A DNA stretch of 64,000 nucleotides, from NCBI GenBank assembly GCA_030704615.1, contig CM060731.1, positions 73,904,001-73,968,000 of the forward strand, given 5' to 3'. This DNA comes from Takakia lepidozioides. Its lineage: Eukaryota; Plantae; Bryophyta. The number at the start of each line of letters is the position of its first letter. Position 1 is the first letter of the stretch. A program made the position numbers and the translations under genes. Of the stretch, positions 1-14,080 are shown piece after piece. The notes under the pieces were generated by a model. The model ran no database searches and was not told the DNA's origin. It saw only the letters and a list, made by a program, of their open reading frames with translations.

Positions 1-519
1 GCTAGTATATGCCCCCTAGCCCTAAATCTCTACTCTACATTACAAAGTACCCCAATCAACATCCTCAAAGTATGGAACCCGAAGCTGCCAAAAGAGGTGC
101 TCATAAACACATGAAACCTTGCATCCATAATGTCTATATGTGCATATTAGGGACTAGTCGAGCTCTGAATCTAGTAGGGGGCAGGGAAAGGAGAACCCTA
201 ACCCCCGCCAGTTAGGGTTTGGGGGGCCGCCATGGAACTCGAGAACCTTTTGGTAGGGTACTACAAATGTTTAGGGGAACAGAGAACAGTAGGTTAGGTT
301 AGGAGAGACCCGGGTTGATACCCAGCGAAACCCATATACCTGACGAACACTGGTTATAACATAATTAACACTTTGAAGTGCTGTTACATATATATTGAAT
401 ATGTGAAAAAACAAAAAGAAAGAAAGTAATATTAGAGCAGATTTGACAGGAAAATAGCTCTCATAATCCAAAATTTTAATTCAAATTTTTTTCTTGGGGT
501 TTCTTTTTGGACGGCTTAA

Positions 520-730
520 AAAATGACAACAATGACTTGGTGACAGTGACGTGCTTCCTATGCCACCGTATTCCTGCTGTCATTCTCATACTTCAATTTT
601 TTCTTGGGCAGCCCAAAAAATGACGATGATGACGTTGCTGAAGATGATGTGTCCTATAAACAGCCCCCAATTGTGGCGACCATGATGTTGGCACTGTGGC
701 ACCATATTCCTGCTCTACACTAAAACTAGT
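520..730. repeat. Terminal segment of a short DNA-transposon-like repeat, also seen at 44290-44362
   Basis: Motif ATGACGTGG..ATGGCACC.TATTCCTGCT occurs at about 548-580, 683-716 and 44320-44353. The matching opposite end was not found. Confidence 0.35.
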
Positions 731-1011
731 CTCCTGACCTCACTAGAATTTCAAATGAAGAGAGGCCGATGTTGAATGAAGATTTAGAAACTACAATAAG
801 CTAAATATACCAAAAGGTATAATGAGTTGGACTATTATGTTTTAGTACTGAGTATTTCCGCTGCTTAACTGACAACAAAAGACCTAGTCAAATAATCTTG
901 AAGTTTACTACTACATACATGCAATGACCAGTGGTACTGCAGAAGAGGTGTTTCAAGGTCTTTCATGCTGATGACTTAGAATGGAAGTCATGTCTGTGAT
1001 AGTGTACCGAA

Positions 1012-4000
1012 TTAGCTACGTTCCCTTACTATAGTCACGCCAATGTACCTGCATAGAGCAAATTTAAACGTAAGTATAATGATGTCTCCGGCGTAGACCC
1101 GTCAGACTATGTAAACTGTAATGCGATTCCCTGGAGACAAGTGAGTTATGAGTGAACACAAGCGAGGATGTAGAAGGATGCACACGCGTATTCTAATCTC
1201 GAGTATGAATTCACTCTTCAGTCTTTGTACATGCAAAGAACTAGATGTTCGTGAACAAGATTTGGTTTACCTGCCCATCATCATGACAGTTGCTTGGGGG
1301 TTGGTGCCCGGAGATGCGTGGAAAGTAGATCCATCAACAACTCGTAGAGATTTCACTCCCCGAACACGATACTCTCTGTCCACCACAGTCCCCATCCGAC
1401 AGCCTCCATGAAAATGCCAGATTGTTGAGACTGTGTCCCGGCACCACTGTGTGACCTCTGACACATTCCCCACATTAGGAAGATGTGTTCCCAAAAACTT
1501 GGCCCCCTCTGGAAGACCCAAATTTGGATATAGTAATAGCATGACTGGGGGAACAGTTGTGTATCTGTATTTAGCGAAAGCAGATGTTTGGAGAAGTCGT
1601 ACAAGGTATTCGACCCCTCGAATGCATGTATCAATGTCTTTCGGATGGGAATAATAGTTGAATCTCACATGAGGGTCATCGTTGATGTTGGTGCTGGTAA
1701 GTTTCAACTTCCCCCTGGAGAGTGGTTTATACACTTTGGCCAAAATAAAACTACTTTGATCAAGAGTTTGCTTGTCTGCATGGGGTAGCCCAGATAAGAA
1801 TTCCTCAACAGTGGCATCCCTCTCATCAGTCCGGAGAGGAGGAGGCGTGATGTCCAATTCTCCCATCATTGGCCACTGCAGAGTCCAGTTTCCCCCGCTG
1901 GCCCCCTCTATTACAGAACCCACCTCAGATATGCCCGCAACGTTTATCAGAGACACTTCGACTGGGACTGGTGATGGTACTGTCACAGCGTTTATCGGAT
2001 TGTCCACCATCCCGTGACCCACACCTCTAAGATTCACAACGCATGGGATGTTCAATGAAGCAAGATGCTCCGCCGGTCCGACTCCACTCAGTAGTAGCAA
2101 CTGTGGACTGCCCAGAGCCCCTGCTGTCAAAATTACCTCACTGTGTCCCAGCTGATCAGGTCCCAGCCCAGCTTCTTCCAGGAACGCCCAATGCTCAGCA
2201 CCTTCAGCATCTGTGTACACGACGCCCGATGCAGATGGCTTCGAATCCTTCGCTGCAACCATGTGGGATCCAAGCTCCTAGGGTCAATGTGAATATTGTC
2301 AAGAAACTGAGGAACTAACTTCAACTTGCAAGGTCAACCGTCATGAATGTCGTCAAAGATAAGCTCGGACTTAATTGTTTATCATACCGACTACTGAGCT
2401 CCTACTTCAGGAGTCAGTAGGTCAAGTAAAATTTAGTGTTCATGGCTTCAAGAGTAGCCAAGTGTGGAGTCTATATCACTTATTAGCTTGAGCTCGGCTC
2501 AATTATATTTTACAAGCCTTAGTTATTCAGCTGGTTACTTGGCATGAATTGGATATAAGCTCTGATCACGACCATATTTATATCTATGTAAAGTTTACCT
2601 GCGTCTTTAAAGACGATCCGCTGTACAGTGGCATAGACGACCACAGTTAGACGCTCCCCATCGGCATATTGCAAGAGGTCGGCTGCACTGTGGCGATTCC
2701 CCTCATGATCAAAGATGGAGCCTCCGACTTTTGTACCAACCAGGTGATCAAACGTGCGTCCGTTGTTAGGCGTGATTCCAGCTTCCACAAGTCCGTCCTG
2801 GAAGGCTGTCTGCCACTGCCGCAAAGGAGGTCGAAAGGCTACCATACTCTCTACCCATTCATAGGACTGATTGACAAGAAGAGAATCCCAGCCCACAGCG
2901 TCGACGAATTCAGAGCTCGCTCGACTATAGAACCCTGCATTGATAGCACTGCCGCCTCCCAGCACTCTTGCCCGCTTGTTCTGGACCCCGTCAGCTGAGC
3001 GAAAGGCCTGAACTGGGTCCACATGGCCATTTTTTGGCACGCGACTGGCTAGCAAATCCCCCCATCCCTCGAGACGTTGAATGGATGGATTATCATAAGG
3101 TGTGCCTCCCCTCTCTAGAAGTAGCACACTGAAGTTCTGGGAGAGAGTGGCTGCGAGAGCACAGCCTGCGGTTCCCCCGCCCACTACGATGTACTCATGT
3201 CGTGCCTCGAGCGGCTGTGAGGTCGCAGCTTGAATGTTTGCATACCTCCCGCCGACTGACCCTGCAACCATGATGACGAGAATTTGTCAATACTGTAACT
3301 TGTGATCTGGATCTATAGCTAAGAACGAGAGAACTGGCTGAATTCATGAAGCAACCCGGGGTCATATTGATATGCCGTTGGTTAATTGAATGTAGGACAT
3401 ATTTCATTTAACCGTAGGAGTATCCGGCTGACATATATACTCGGCAATGATCTGTGTGCATGCCAGCTGAACAAACTGAACAATGGCGAGAAGTTGGAAG
3501 CAGTGCCAGGCGGTTTACTCAGAAGATGACGCTCGTCCCACCAGCCCCAACTGGCTGATCCATTGTATTCACATCAGATAAGTACCAGGGAGCCTAGATT
3601 TGTTTTGAATTCTGCAGGCATGGGCCTCAGATCGCTAGCTAGCCTCACAAGTCTGTGTGGTGCGATTGAGATCCCTTAATCCTGCAGCTTGAAAGATGTA
3701 CATGCTAGTTGTTCAAAGCTCATTTACTAAGATTCCCAATTGTCAGTCAATGTCGACGCCTAAATCAACGTGACACGGGTTCCGCAACGCCCCACCAGTT
3801 AACAACAAAGTACTGAAGTCATAACATAATGGAGCGATTGATATATAGCAATGGAATGTAGCAGAGAGCATACCTGCAGTGTCTGTGCTTGCTTTTGTAC
3901 TTGGGATGCAGAGGGTCAGTATAATTATCACCAATATGCATCTCCATGCAGGTGCGGGCACAGGTCTGATCCAGCTCACAGACACAACATCACTCTGGCA

Positions 4001-4033
4001 CCTGGAGTCCTGCAGAACACAGCGGCTTTCCAT
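1012..4033 (-). CDS. GMC oxidoreductase, HOTHEAD/mandelonitrile-lyase-like family, 4 exons, ~613 aa, probably secreted
   Basis: Exons 4033-3874, 3261-2599, 2252-1271 and 1048-1012, all GT-AG and phase-consistent (1842 nt). Motifs: FAD-binding YIVVGGGTAG, RARVLGGGSAINAGFY, AGALGSPQLLLLSGVG, IWHFHGG, LRVVDGS, SPGTNPQATVMMMGRYIG. Hydrophobic stretch CILVIIILTLC in exon 1. Confidence 0.93.
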
Positions 4034-6762
4034 AGTGCAAACTTTCCCTTAGGTCGAAGCAGTCTCGTTCTCTGATGAGTAATCTTTCTTGTGACTAGAT
4101 GGGGACTGGATCAACTCGCTTGTCCAGCTTCCGCTTGCTGCTGTGTCCCAAAAAGAGTAATGCTGTCGGTCAAGCTCCTGTTCTAGTTCTTATATCCTTA
4201 TGCCGACCTTTAGCCAGACCAGCAGACACTTCCAGAACGTGTAAAGTGGAAACCAGGGTGACGGGATCTAGTCCATCTCTGCGTTTAAAGAGGGGCTTCC
4301 ATGTGCTACCTCACCTTTAGTAGTAGGTAAGGCTCACTAACAGCTAGTTCATAACAGCTCTCTTATAAAATAATCATCTATGTGTGATGAAACTCTCACA
4401 GCCCACCGTTTGTAAATGTGGAAGGCCCTCTTGACGTCTGCCCGGTGCAATCTCTGAAGGATTCCCACGTGTCTTCAGTAGTACGAAGGTTTGTCGCTAG
4501 CATGCCCAGCTTTTCCCAGAAACCCGGAAAGGAAGGGTCACTTGTGGACTCGAAACGTTGTCAAAAAGTTATCCATGAGTTCCCGAAACTTTGAAAATTG
4601 TAGTGTGGCACTCCGAGTATGGGAGCAATATGTAGGTACCCCTAAGTTAGGGGCCACGACATCATCCGCCAAGCTAGTGGATGTGGAGTATCTCACCGAG
4701 TCAACCGACTTGCTCGCATCGAAGTACCTCCAAGACGTAGATTCTTTGGCGAGAAGAAAGAGATTTTCTTACGGTAAGGTTTGTGTTAGACTAGGGAGCC
4801 CAACAGCAGAATGCTTCTACTCTACAGGAGTACACGGACTAATTGGCTCACAATGCTCGCGCCAGTGACACCTAGATAATTGTTCCTCGGACACGACAAT
4901 GTTTTTTTACTTGCAAATGAGCTTTGGAGTTATCATCATGATTCACAGGCTACAGCATATGGTCTTGCAGTTTCTCTAGTAAGTAAATCCTCTATGTGTT
5001 CATCCTTGTCCTTGCTTTCTGTATTTGCTTCTTTTGTTTTTGGGCATCGTTGTCCAGTGGGGGGATGATACTTCCTTGCAGTGTGGTTTTCTAGTTCTAT
5101 GGTCCTTTAGCGTAGGATTTTCCACTAGAGATTGTTTTTCTCTCAAAAGGTCTGCCTTCTTCTCTTCCAACATGTAGCACCTTGGCACAGAAATGTGCGA
5201 GCCTTTATATGAGGGCTTGCCACAAGAAGGCAAGTCACTCCAAGACACATCATAACCCGGCAGTCTAGCAAAGAGGGTCTTTTTACTTTGCAAATCGAGG
5301 AAGTTATCAAGTTCTTATAAAGTTTTGCCTTGGGCTGGTAGCTATCAGGTGAGGATTTTGATTAAGTTTCTATTTTGGCAGTACTTTTGAGTGGCATTTT
5401 CCTGGCCATTCTTACCATCGTATTCAAAGAGGTTCTTCCTCTGACATCTATGGTGTGCTGCTTTGTCAGGGTAACAGCTGGTGCCTTTGTTTCTGTCATC
5501 TGAGAGATGTTCCAATTTTTTCACAGTAGCAAAGCTGAAAATCTCATGGAAAAAAACGATTTGGTGCACTCTATCCATACTTCAAGCACTAGAAACTATC
5601 TTCATCGAGATTGCTTCATGAACAACCACCGAGTGACAAGTGCAGGTAGGCTGGAAGTATGTGTTGAGTCAAGGAAGTTGCAGGATCATGGGGGGTGTTC
5701 CAGAACGTGCACAAGCACAAAATTAGGTTTCGAAAATTGGGACCAATGGCGAAAGTTCTGGTTTGTGGTTGCTACGTCTTGTTCATCCTTTCCATACCGC
5801 AATCTGCAGCGGAATAGGCACTGGAGAAGAAATTACCTAGCATTCAAACTTCAAAATGGCAGATGCACTCGAAAGAGTGAAACTAAGAGAACAATGGGAG
5901 CCTTCAGTTTTCAGACAATCCATTTCCGGTTGCCAGGGCCTTGGAAGTAAAAAAAGAACTTGATTTGAAGAGTGTAAGATTTCAGATGTGAAGCACAACA
6001 ATTGGCTTTTGCGAGAGAATCTAAAACAACGGTCTCCTTGATACAGGTGAACTGTTTCTCTAGGAGTGATACCCATCCTTTTGGGAAGAAGAGGTAACCA
6101 TGTAAAGCAGAAAACATGTATTTGGCCAATTTTCGCTGAAAATGGAGATCCATCCGATAGCAGGTTTGCACCTTCCACTTTGTACTAGTAAAACCTCTTT
6201 CTACTTAGACAATCCCTTGAGCAGTAGTTGCTTTTGGGCTGCTTCTTGGCTCTGGTTTTCTTTCATCTCACATGTTTTTTCCATTTTGTCCCATAAGCTC
6301 TTTGAGCTTTCCGCGGACGTTATAAAGTACCATTTCATTTCCTCGAAGGAAGACTGCACCTAAGAGCTCTAGTTACATTACGGATTTCCCATCTGCAATT
6401 CTACCTAGTACTTTGTCGGTGCATCACGACCTTGTGTTCCTAGGGATGGAAGATAGTCTTTATTGTACAATGTAATTCGATGAAAGAGGTTTCTGTCCTC
6501 ATGGAGCTTATCTCAGATTTTGGACAAACCACCTCTTTACTAATGTAGAATGACAATTCTAACCCCAACACCAACTCAATTTTTTGACACAATGAGTGAC
6601 ATGTTCATCCAAGGTCTGCGCACAACCATTTAGCAGAGCTACGCCCGCAACAAATGACTTCTACTTGGAGCATCACAGTCCGAAGCTTAGCAATCTGAGA
6701 TACTTCGGTCAATTTGCTGTCTCTGCCCCCTTGGATGGCATCCATGGTGTTACAAGTGCCAT

Positions 6763-7746
6763 TCCGACTGAATCATGACTGATTGACTGTACACAACTTG
6801 CCTGCCACCAGACAGTTCAAGCTTCTAAATTAATTTCTAGATAGCGTTCATTTTCTGGGGCATACAAACTGTTACTTTCCAAAACGAGATCTCTTTAGCG
6901 ATCGACAGACTACTTGAAGCTCTAGAGATCAATGAAGAATGACCGAGAACAGATTTAAACTTGCATGTTCATAATTTCCGAGATTCGTTCGGGCAATATT
7001 TACACATGACTGCCTTCCGAGTGAGATTCCTATGTGCTTGTGAAGTCCTACTGTTGAACATGAGTACGCTGTTTGATATATAAAATCTGCTGTGTGCATG
7101 TCCGTCGTTACTGCATTTAAGTATTGCACCGTACATGGGAGCTGACTTCACTGGATTTACTACACATGTGGCACAAGTCGTGCATCCTGCAATCAGGAAA
7201 GGACCAAGAATCGGGATGTCACATGCATAATATTGATTTACTCCGGTTTTGAAAGGTTATACCAAGCGGCTTAGAAGACACTAATATTGTGGGATGTGCA
7301 GTATGAAGGAGCAACAAGAGAGTTTGGGAAAGGACCCAGCATCTGGGATGAGTTTACTCACACCAATCCAGGTCTCGAAACACCACCCTTCTCCGGTGAT
7401 GTACTCATCGGTCTGGAAATCCAGGACTATGAAGCCGGTATGCAAAACTAAAGAGCAGGGAATTTCCATGTAAGAGATCTTCATTTTCTTCTTTGTCAGA
7501 ACTAGCTCGATCTAGGCACCATGCGTGTCTGATGACGTCTGAATGCCTTATCAAAGTGCACTGATATTGCACGCATCTTCGGAGATTACCCACTTAGATG
7601 ACAACCTGAGAACCCAAGTTGGGACAGATTCGACAGATCTTCCTTTCAGATACAAGGATTAACCAGTGGACATGATTCTGCATTACCGCTATTTTACATA
7701 AAATGTCCAAGAAACCCGGACAAACCCACTATGCACCGACATCAAA
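6763..7746 (+). pseudogene. GH1 beta-glucosidase fragment A (intron 1 part, exon 2, intron 2 part)
   Basis: Reverse-complement homologue of about 52876-52023. Exon 7302-7371 (AG/GT intact) encodes YEGATREFGKGPSIWDEFTHTNPG. No flanking exons 1 or 3 seen. Confidence 0.88.
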
Positions 7747-8329
7747 GTCCGGCAGTGGGAAGAGGGCATGCCGACGTGGAGGGGTGGGTGGAAAGGCCAC
7801 ATACAAGTTAGCAGAAGGAAAAAGGGGGGTTTGATAAGTTGACAGGTGGGCCCTCGGTGGAGGGACAGCTGGAAGGAGCCGTTTGATTCATGAAGGTCAA
7901 AAGTCAACATAGCCTTGGAAGAGCCGATGGCGGGCTCCCACTGGCAGAGCTTTTTTGGGTAGTATTGTACAAGTGTCAAATAGTGGGACTTAGGGATATG
8001 GCATGTGTAGGGCCTTAGAGATCTAAGGGGGGGGGTACACCAAACAACACTGCAACGGTAACCTCCTCCGGCCTCCAATACTCCCCTCCCCCAGCAGCAA
8101 CCCCATCAAACTACCCTGCATGTCTTTTTGGCTGATGTGCCTTGCTCCGCCTCCACAAACGGTGCCTTACCCTTACGCCATAAATGCATGCAGTCGTGTT
8201 TTTTTGTCGCTCCAGCAAGGTACCGGCCGGGCCTAGAGGGCATGTATCCTGCACGAAAGTACGGGCCCGGGGGTGCGGATACCGGGCCGAGGGCTCCTTT
8301 GCCGTTGCCGGGGCATTTAGGGAGCCCGG

Positions 8330-9320
8330 TGGAGATGCTCTTATGAACTAAGGTGCCCCTTGCAAAAGATGCAAGGCTGGCGCATGCTTTGAATGTGACC
8401 TGGTTGGGCTGCACACCTTCCCACTTTAGATGCTCACAAATCTCCAGAGCAAGCATTCCACAACCATGCTGGGCATTTCCTACAATCATCACATTTGATG
8501 ACACCATATCTGGTTCAGTCATATTGCTGAACACTACCCTTGCATTCTTGATACCCGCATGCTTTGCATATATGTCAAGGGAGTAATCTCTTAATACACA
8601 GGAGTGGACTAGAGGATAGCAGGAACAGCAAGAGCTAGGACATGAGTTTTCTGAAGTGCCCAAGATGATACTTGGTACAACTCCAACTTCAATGATATCA
8701 GCACGGGTCTCCTTGCCTTTCCCCAGGGCTGCCAAGTTCACACATGCATTGTACTTGCCCTCTATGGGGTGGTACCCCTTGATGGCCATAAGATAAAACC
8801 TTGCTTGCCTTTATAACTAATCGTTCACGCCAGGGATGTTTCTGAGACAACATGGCTCACACTCTCTTGCGTGAACATGCCACAATCGCTGCTGGTGCCT
8901 TGATTTGGCACGGATCTGTTTTGATGTCATCTTGCGTTGTACTCCACAGTCGGGCAGATTTGGCCTCTTCATCAACATCTTACTTAAGCCATTGCTTCCA
9001 ATTCTTGCTTATGCCCTTTGGCCTTTCCCTCATCCTTCCGTCATCCATCACTTTCCTAGCTCTTGCTACAGCCACCCTCCACATTGTACTGTCTGCAGAT
9101 AGGCATACTCTCATTGCGTTCTCCTGCCCCAAAGTCAGCTCCCATGATGTCTTCGTGGCCATGTTCCCAACTGGCTGAACAGTCTTCCTCTCTGCTCGTT
9201 GTAAGGTGCTAATTATACTCAGAAAGGGGAGCTTACCTGGCTTTACATCCTTTCCTTGCACTCGTTGACATATTCCGGAACCCTCCCACGAATCTGAGGA
9301 CTCAGATTGCTCCGTCAGCT
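8330..9320 (-). pseudogene. Degenerate PLS-class PPR gene fragments
   Basis: PPR-like segments ACVNLAALGKGKETRADII, IYAKHAGIKNARVVFSNMTEPDMVSSNVMIVGNAQHG, EGVQPNQVTFKACASLASF and QGKDVKPGKLPFLSII, with deletions and frame changes. Confidence 0.7.
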
Positions 9321-9681
9321 GGGGCTGCAGTCCATGTGCCCACCCCATCTTCCATTGCATATTATTGAGACCTTCTCTATACGCCATACTTTGTACTAGC
9401 GGTGCCTCCATCACCTGTGGTCTGGACCTCCACACCGCCCAAGCAAAAACAATATACCACATCCCTCTTGTCCACAACTCAGCCCGCTGAATTGGTTGAA
9501 CTGGTCTGGTCTTGGCAAGCTCAGTTACGGTATAGTTTTGAAACTTGGGCACCTCTTCACTTCTACCCAGTTTCTTGCTATGCTGATTTCGTGAAGCCCT
9601 TGACACAGACTTCAGCTCATGAGCAGCCATACCTGACGTAGGGTTCCTTTGGAGCAAGGTTTTGTCTTTCACGGTCACGTG

Positions 9682-11985
9682 CTAATCCGCTTGAACTTCA
9701 ACTCTGCTGCGGCAGATAAGATCAGCCAAGGCCTCATTTCGTCTGCCCCCCAGCTGAGCCTCTAATACCTCGATTTGATACATCATATCATGTTTGGTTT
9801 GAGTAAGCAACGTACACTCTTCCTCCACCCATTCCATCCGTTGGCTCCCTAGCTCTCCCTCATGAGAATCTCTTGACCTGACAACAGATGGTGATGATTT
9901 CTGATTACAGGGCAGCCTGGCCTTGTTGACGTCTGGTTCTCCCCTTAGAGCTGTGATCTCCCCCAGAACCTGGTCTTCATCATCACAAAACACTTCCACC
10001 AAGAAGGCTGCAAGAGTCTCCGCAGAATTCTCTTCTTGCACACATATTGTGGGAGTCCAATTGTGGTGTTCCGTGAGGTCGCAACATCTCTTCCCACCTT
10101 CCATGACCAGCTCCGCTTCTTCATCAAGCGGCATCAGATCTGTCTGACACTCGTTGTCATCTTCCTCTCTCATGACACTCACACTACAACAGATTGCGGT
10201 AGTTATGACTGCCAAACCGTGGTAGTCATGGTTTTCTTGACTTTGACCATGACTACACCATGTTTTTATATGAAATTGACTTCTCGCAGTCGTTCATACG
10301 ACTGTAGTCATATGAACGACTATCTAAGTAGTCGTCTGTATGACTACATGGTTCCGAAGTGGGCGGAAGGCTGGTCAACGGCAATTGACCAGATTTAGTT
10401 CATCATTCATAGTCATTTCCATGACTACAGTGTACATGGATGAGGTTACACAGTCATGATGACTACTGGGGATTTTGTAATTTGGTGTGTATAATACAAT
10501 TAAAACACCATATGATCACATGAATGACTAATGGGTGTATTGGTTAGCAGGTAGTGAACTATAACTCTTACAGTAAAGAGGTTGCAGGTTCAAACTCCTC
10601 TAAGTACAATCAAATGGATAAGATGGTCATAGGGTTAGTAGGCAAGCTAGGGATAGCACGTGATACCCTAAATGGGCTGCCACGTGGTTTTTTCATTATT
10701 ATAAAATGCATTATGTCACGTGGCACAATGCGGTGCGACGTGGCGTCTGACATATGTTTTTAATTTTTTTAGTTTTTTTAATTTAATTTAATTTTTTTAA
10801 TCAATTGCACCTTGTCATGTGGCGCGGTAGCGACAACTGCAGTGAGAGATATCACTTGGTTCATCTGACTGTAGTCATCTGGACCGTACCATCCTGTACT
10901 CATTGTATTCACTTGATTTGCACGACTTACAGTCATAGAAGTCGTATGTACCGTTTATGACTGCAGAATAGTCATATATGCAGTCATAAATACCGCGATC
11001 TGTTGTAGTGCTCACTCGACAGGTTGTACCACCAATCCTTGGTGAGTTGGCAACATCATGCCCAAACTCCCCAAGTATGTCTTGATCTAGATATGACCTT
11101 GTGGAGGACCTTGGGACTTGCAAATGAGCTTCCAATCGAGGTAGGCACCCTTCCTCAATGCCTATTTGATTCTATGTTGAACAAATGATTAATTCTTCCA
11201 TATCACAAAACACATTTACAGAGTTTGTGCCAAGAAAGCTTACACTTTCGAACTTCATCCTTCTGCTGCTCCTCGACTCACATTGTCCCAACATTTCGCA
11301 GCATGAACGTTGCATTCCACATGTTTCCACTTGTAGCCCCAGCCGGTGACTATTTTCACTTCGGATCTGAGACTGACTTAATGGACATGTAATGCAACAC
11401 TTCACTTGCTGACTTGTGTTGTTCAACTTGAGACCTCGAAGATATATTGCAGGGACTTTGCTTGTTTGTGGCTTCACCCTAGGGCAGCTCTGTATAGACG
11501 TGGTCTTGCAATCTACTCAGACTTACAATCCTTGGGATTCACAGATGTGAACTCCCCTTGGTCGTCCTTCTCAACCAGAGACAATCTCTCGTTACTCCTT
11601 GTGACAATCTTCCCAACATCATCTATTTTATCAAGTTTTTTTGTCAATGTCACCTTCCCCCTCTTTGTTTGATCATCCCTTCCAAATTTCAAAACTATGG
11701 CTGATTGAAAATCATACCAATTCAAGGGCCTTGGATTTCTCGTGCGATACCAGTGATTTGCCCGTGACTTCAAATTCAGCCTTGCCAAGATGAGCAGCTT
11801 GTCCTCTCCGAAGCTCCGGTGCTCGCCTTCTCTTTGTAGACTATTGATCCAGCTCTGAACATTCTCACACTCATGCCCGTAAAATGGAATGTGAGTCTCC
11901 ATTGCTTATCAATCACAACTCTCTACCTTCTTCCACTCACTCCTACATTGACCAAACCACACATACCGGCCATGCTTTGATACAA
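9682..11985 (-). mobile_element. Degenerate Ty3/gypsy-type gag region with PBS-like site, interrupted by a CACTA-ended element
   Basis: ORF 11902-11513 (FYGHECENVQSWINSL...LKSRANHWY...NWYDFQSAIVLKFG) resembles a retrotransposon gag N-terminus. tRNA-Met PBS-like TTGTATCAAAGC at 11985-11974. Confidence 0.6.
10182..11010. mobile_element. Non-autonomous CACTA-ended (CMC superfamily) DNA transposon, 829 bp
   Basis: ~31-bp TIRs CACTACAACAGAT(T/C)GCGGTA(G/T)TTATGACTGC, many subterminal ATGACTAC/GTAGTCAT repeats, and CTCA on both sides (10178-10181, 11011-11014). Confidence 0.92.
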
Positions 11986-11989
11986 AAAA

Positions 11990-14080
11990 GAATGGCATAA
12001 ATCCCTTCAGTCTAATTCTAATCTAGTTCTTAGTGGAAGGTAAGCTTACTAGCCTAAGACACAAGCCCTTAATCAGTGACTCTACACCATTCATGATCAG
12101 AGACCAAATGCCCTCATCCACGCCGCAACGGAAAAGAAGACATGGATGGGACTGAGAAGTTTCTCCCTTTCATGACTTGATACATCTAAGTAGGATTTGC
12201 ATGTACCAATAAGGTTTGTGTGATGATTTCAGTCTTACAAACAGATCACTGTCAGGGTAAATACACAGCCTATGAAGTAATTCCCTTAAGCTGTACATGC
12301 TGAACTTCCTCCAGAATGATAGCACTATGATGTGAGAAGGCAACATGGATATACCACAATATACAGACATAGGTAATTCCTGCCTCTCATGGTTTTTCTT
12401 TTTATCTCCCTTTGTCAGGCAGTGGATACAAAACGCCCCTTAACTGTATCTACATTCTTCCAAGCACCACATCTGCATTCAGCCTTTACGCAACAAATTT
12501 CCAAAGCTGAGCCCTCTCATTCTAACTATCAAAATGCAAGGACAGTATCAGTAAGTGATGGAGCTACACTCAATAATTTGCAGGAGTTCTATCATTCAAC
12601 ACTCTACTGTGTGCATGCTACAGATGTAAAACATTCCTTAATTCTGCAAATAGACAGCCTCACCCTCATATCTATACTAAAACAAATGATAGCAGATCTT
12701 CCTTGTTTATATTCTACTCTATCCAGATTACAGCCATAATTGACACTAAAACCCTAGAGCTGCATTGATTCCAGACTCACAGTGTTGGAATCAGAAAATC
12801 AGAAGCAAAACAAATACTACACATTCAGTGATTGTATGAAAGCTGCATCTACCCTTTTTCAACATTCCAAGAGACACAATCATCATCTGTCATTCTCTCT
12901 ACACCTCCCTGGTTTGAAGTCCATACCACCACTCTATTCCATTTTTCAAAATGTTCTCATCTCATTTTTACTAACTCAAAAGCCCTTCAGAAATTTCAAC
13001 AATATCTATCCTAAGTCGAAGAAGCCCAACTTCATCTTATTTAGCTGCTTTATATTCAATATCAGGCAGTGGAGTTCCCTACCCACTCTAGCTCTTACAT
13101 CCTCGTCAGCAGCTACCTTGGTGTTTTTCGCTTGCTCCTACTTCCGACGCTTCTCCAGTGGCCAGAGTCAACAAGTGATGACTCTGCCTTCAGCAAACCC
13201 TATCCGCCAGCGAGCCCTAATCAAAACATTGATGGCACTGCTTGCTTTTGTGGCAGCAGCCCAGACAGACCAGCTGCCACGCTATCTATCATTTATCCGC
13301 TTGCCCTACTGCTAATTAATTCACTTCCTAAAACAAAGTTGCGAGATGGCAGAATGAATGCGATAACCTACTATTCACAGTCTCGTTCAGTCCATTGCTC
13401 GTAGCAGCAGCCGCATTGATCCTTAGCAAACCTAGATTCCAGTGAGCTCAAGTCACCCTTTAATTCTTGATGGCATTGCTCCCCTCTGGCAGGCGCACAG
13501 ATTACAAAGCTGCTCCACATGCTTACTCATCCCCTACCTTCATTGCTGCCAATCAACCCATCTCATGATAGAAACTATAGGTTGACAACAAAACGCAGCA
13601 GCACACTAGATCCTTCTGTTCTTGCTCGATTCCTCACCCATAGTAAGGCTAACTACAGTCATCCCCGTGACCAAGCTGCTTCCTCGTGCTTATCCTCCAG
13701 CGAGTTCCACAGCAAGTATTCATCAAGACGAAATGACACCGTTTCTCTTCTGTGGATACTGCACAGTTCACCAAGCTGCCCCCTTTGTCCCCCCATTACT
13801 GCTAATCAAGCTTCAAAACAAATCAAGCCAGCACAACAGGGTTAGTCATCCTTGACAACAGCTCCGCTAAGCTATTGCAGCATCTGCGCGTGTTCCCCAC
13901 CATCTCCTTCCTCGTCATCTTCCCCGTGATTCTAGGGCAACATCATCAATGAATGACATCCCCTCAACAAATGAAAAATGCATAAGACTCACCTTTCAAA
14001 TAGAATCAACTTAGAGAAATTTAGTTCCAGGCCTTAGACTTCTTCCTTGTAGACACCAAAAATTCAGTGAGTGACAAACA
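11990..14080 (-). mobile_element. Probable ~2.1-kb LTR
   Basis: On the minus strand, the polypurine tract GAGGGGGAATGA (14092-14081) is followed directly by TG. A PBS-like site and gag follow the other end. No second copy in the window. Confidence 0.4.

Noticed and set aside
700-730. Helitron 3' end (CTAG)
   Set aside because: No clear GC hairpin 10-12 nt upstream here or at 44359.
6380-6420. TDFPSA resembling GH1 exon 1
   Set aside because: The FGTATSAYQ motif and splice donor are absent; likely coincidence.
4480-6600. Possible LTR-retrotransposon remnant and several 90-150 aa ORFs
   Set aside because: No recognisable domain, paired LTR or TSD.
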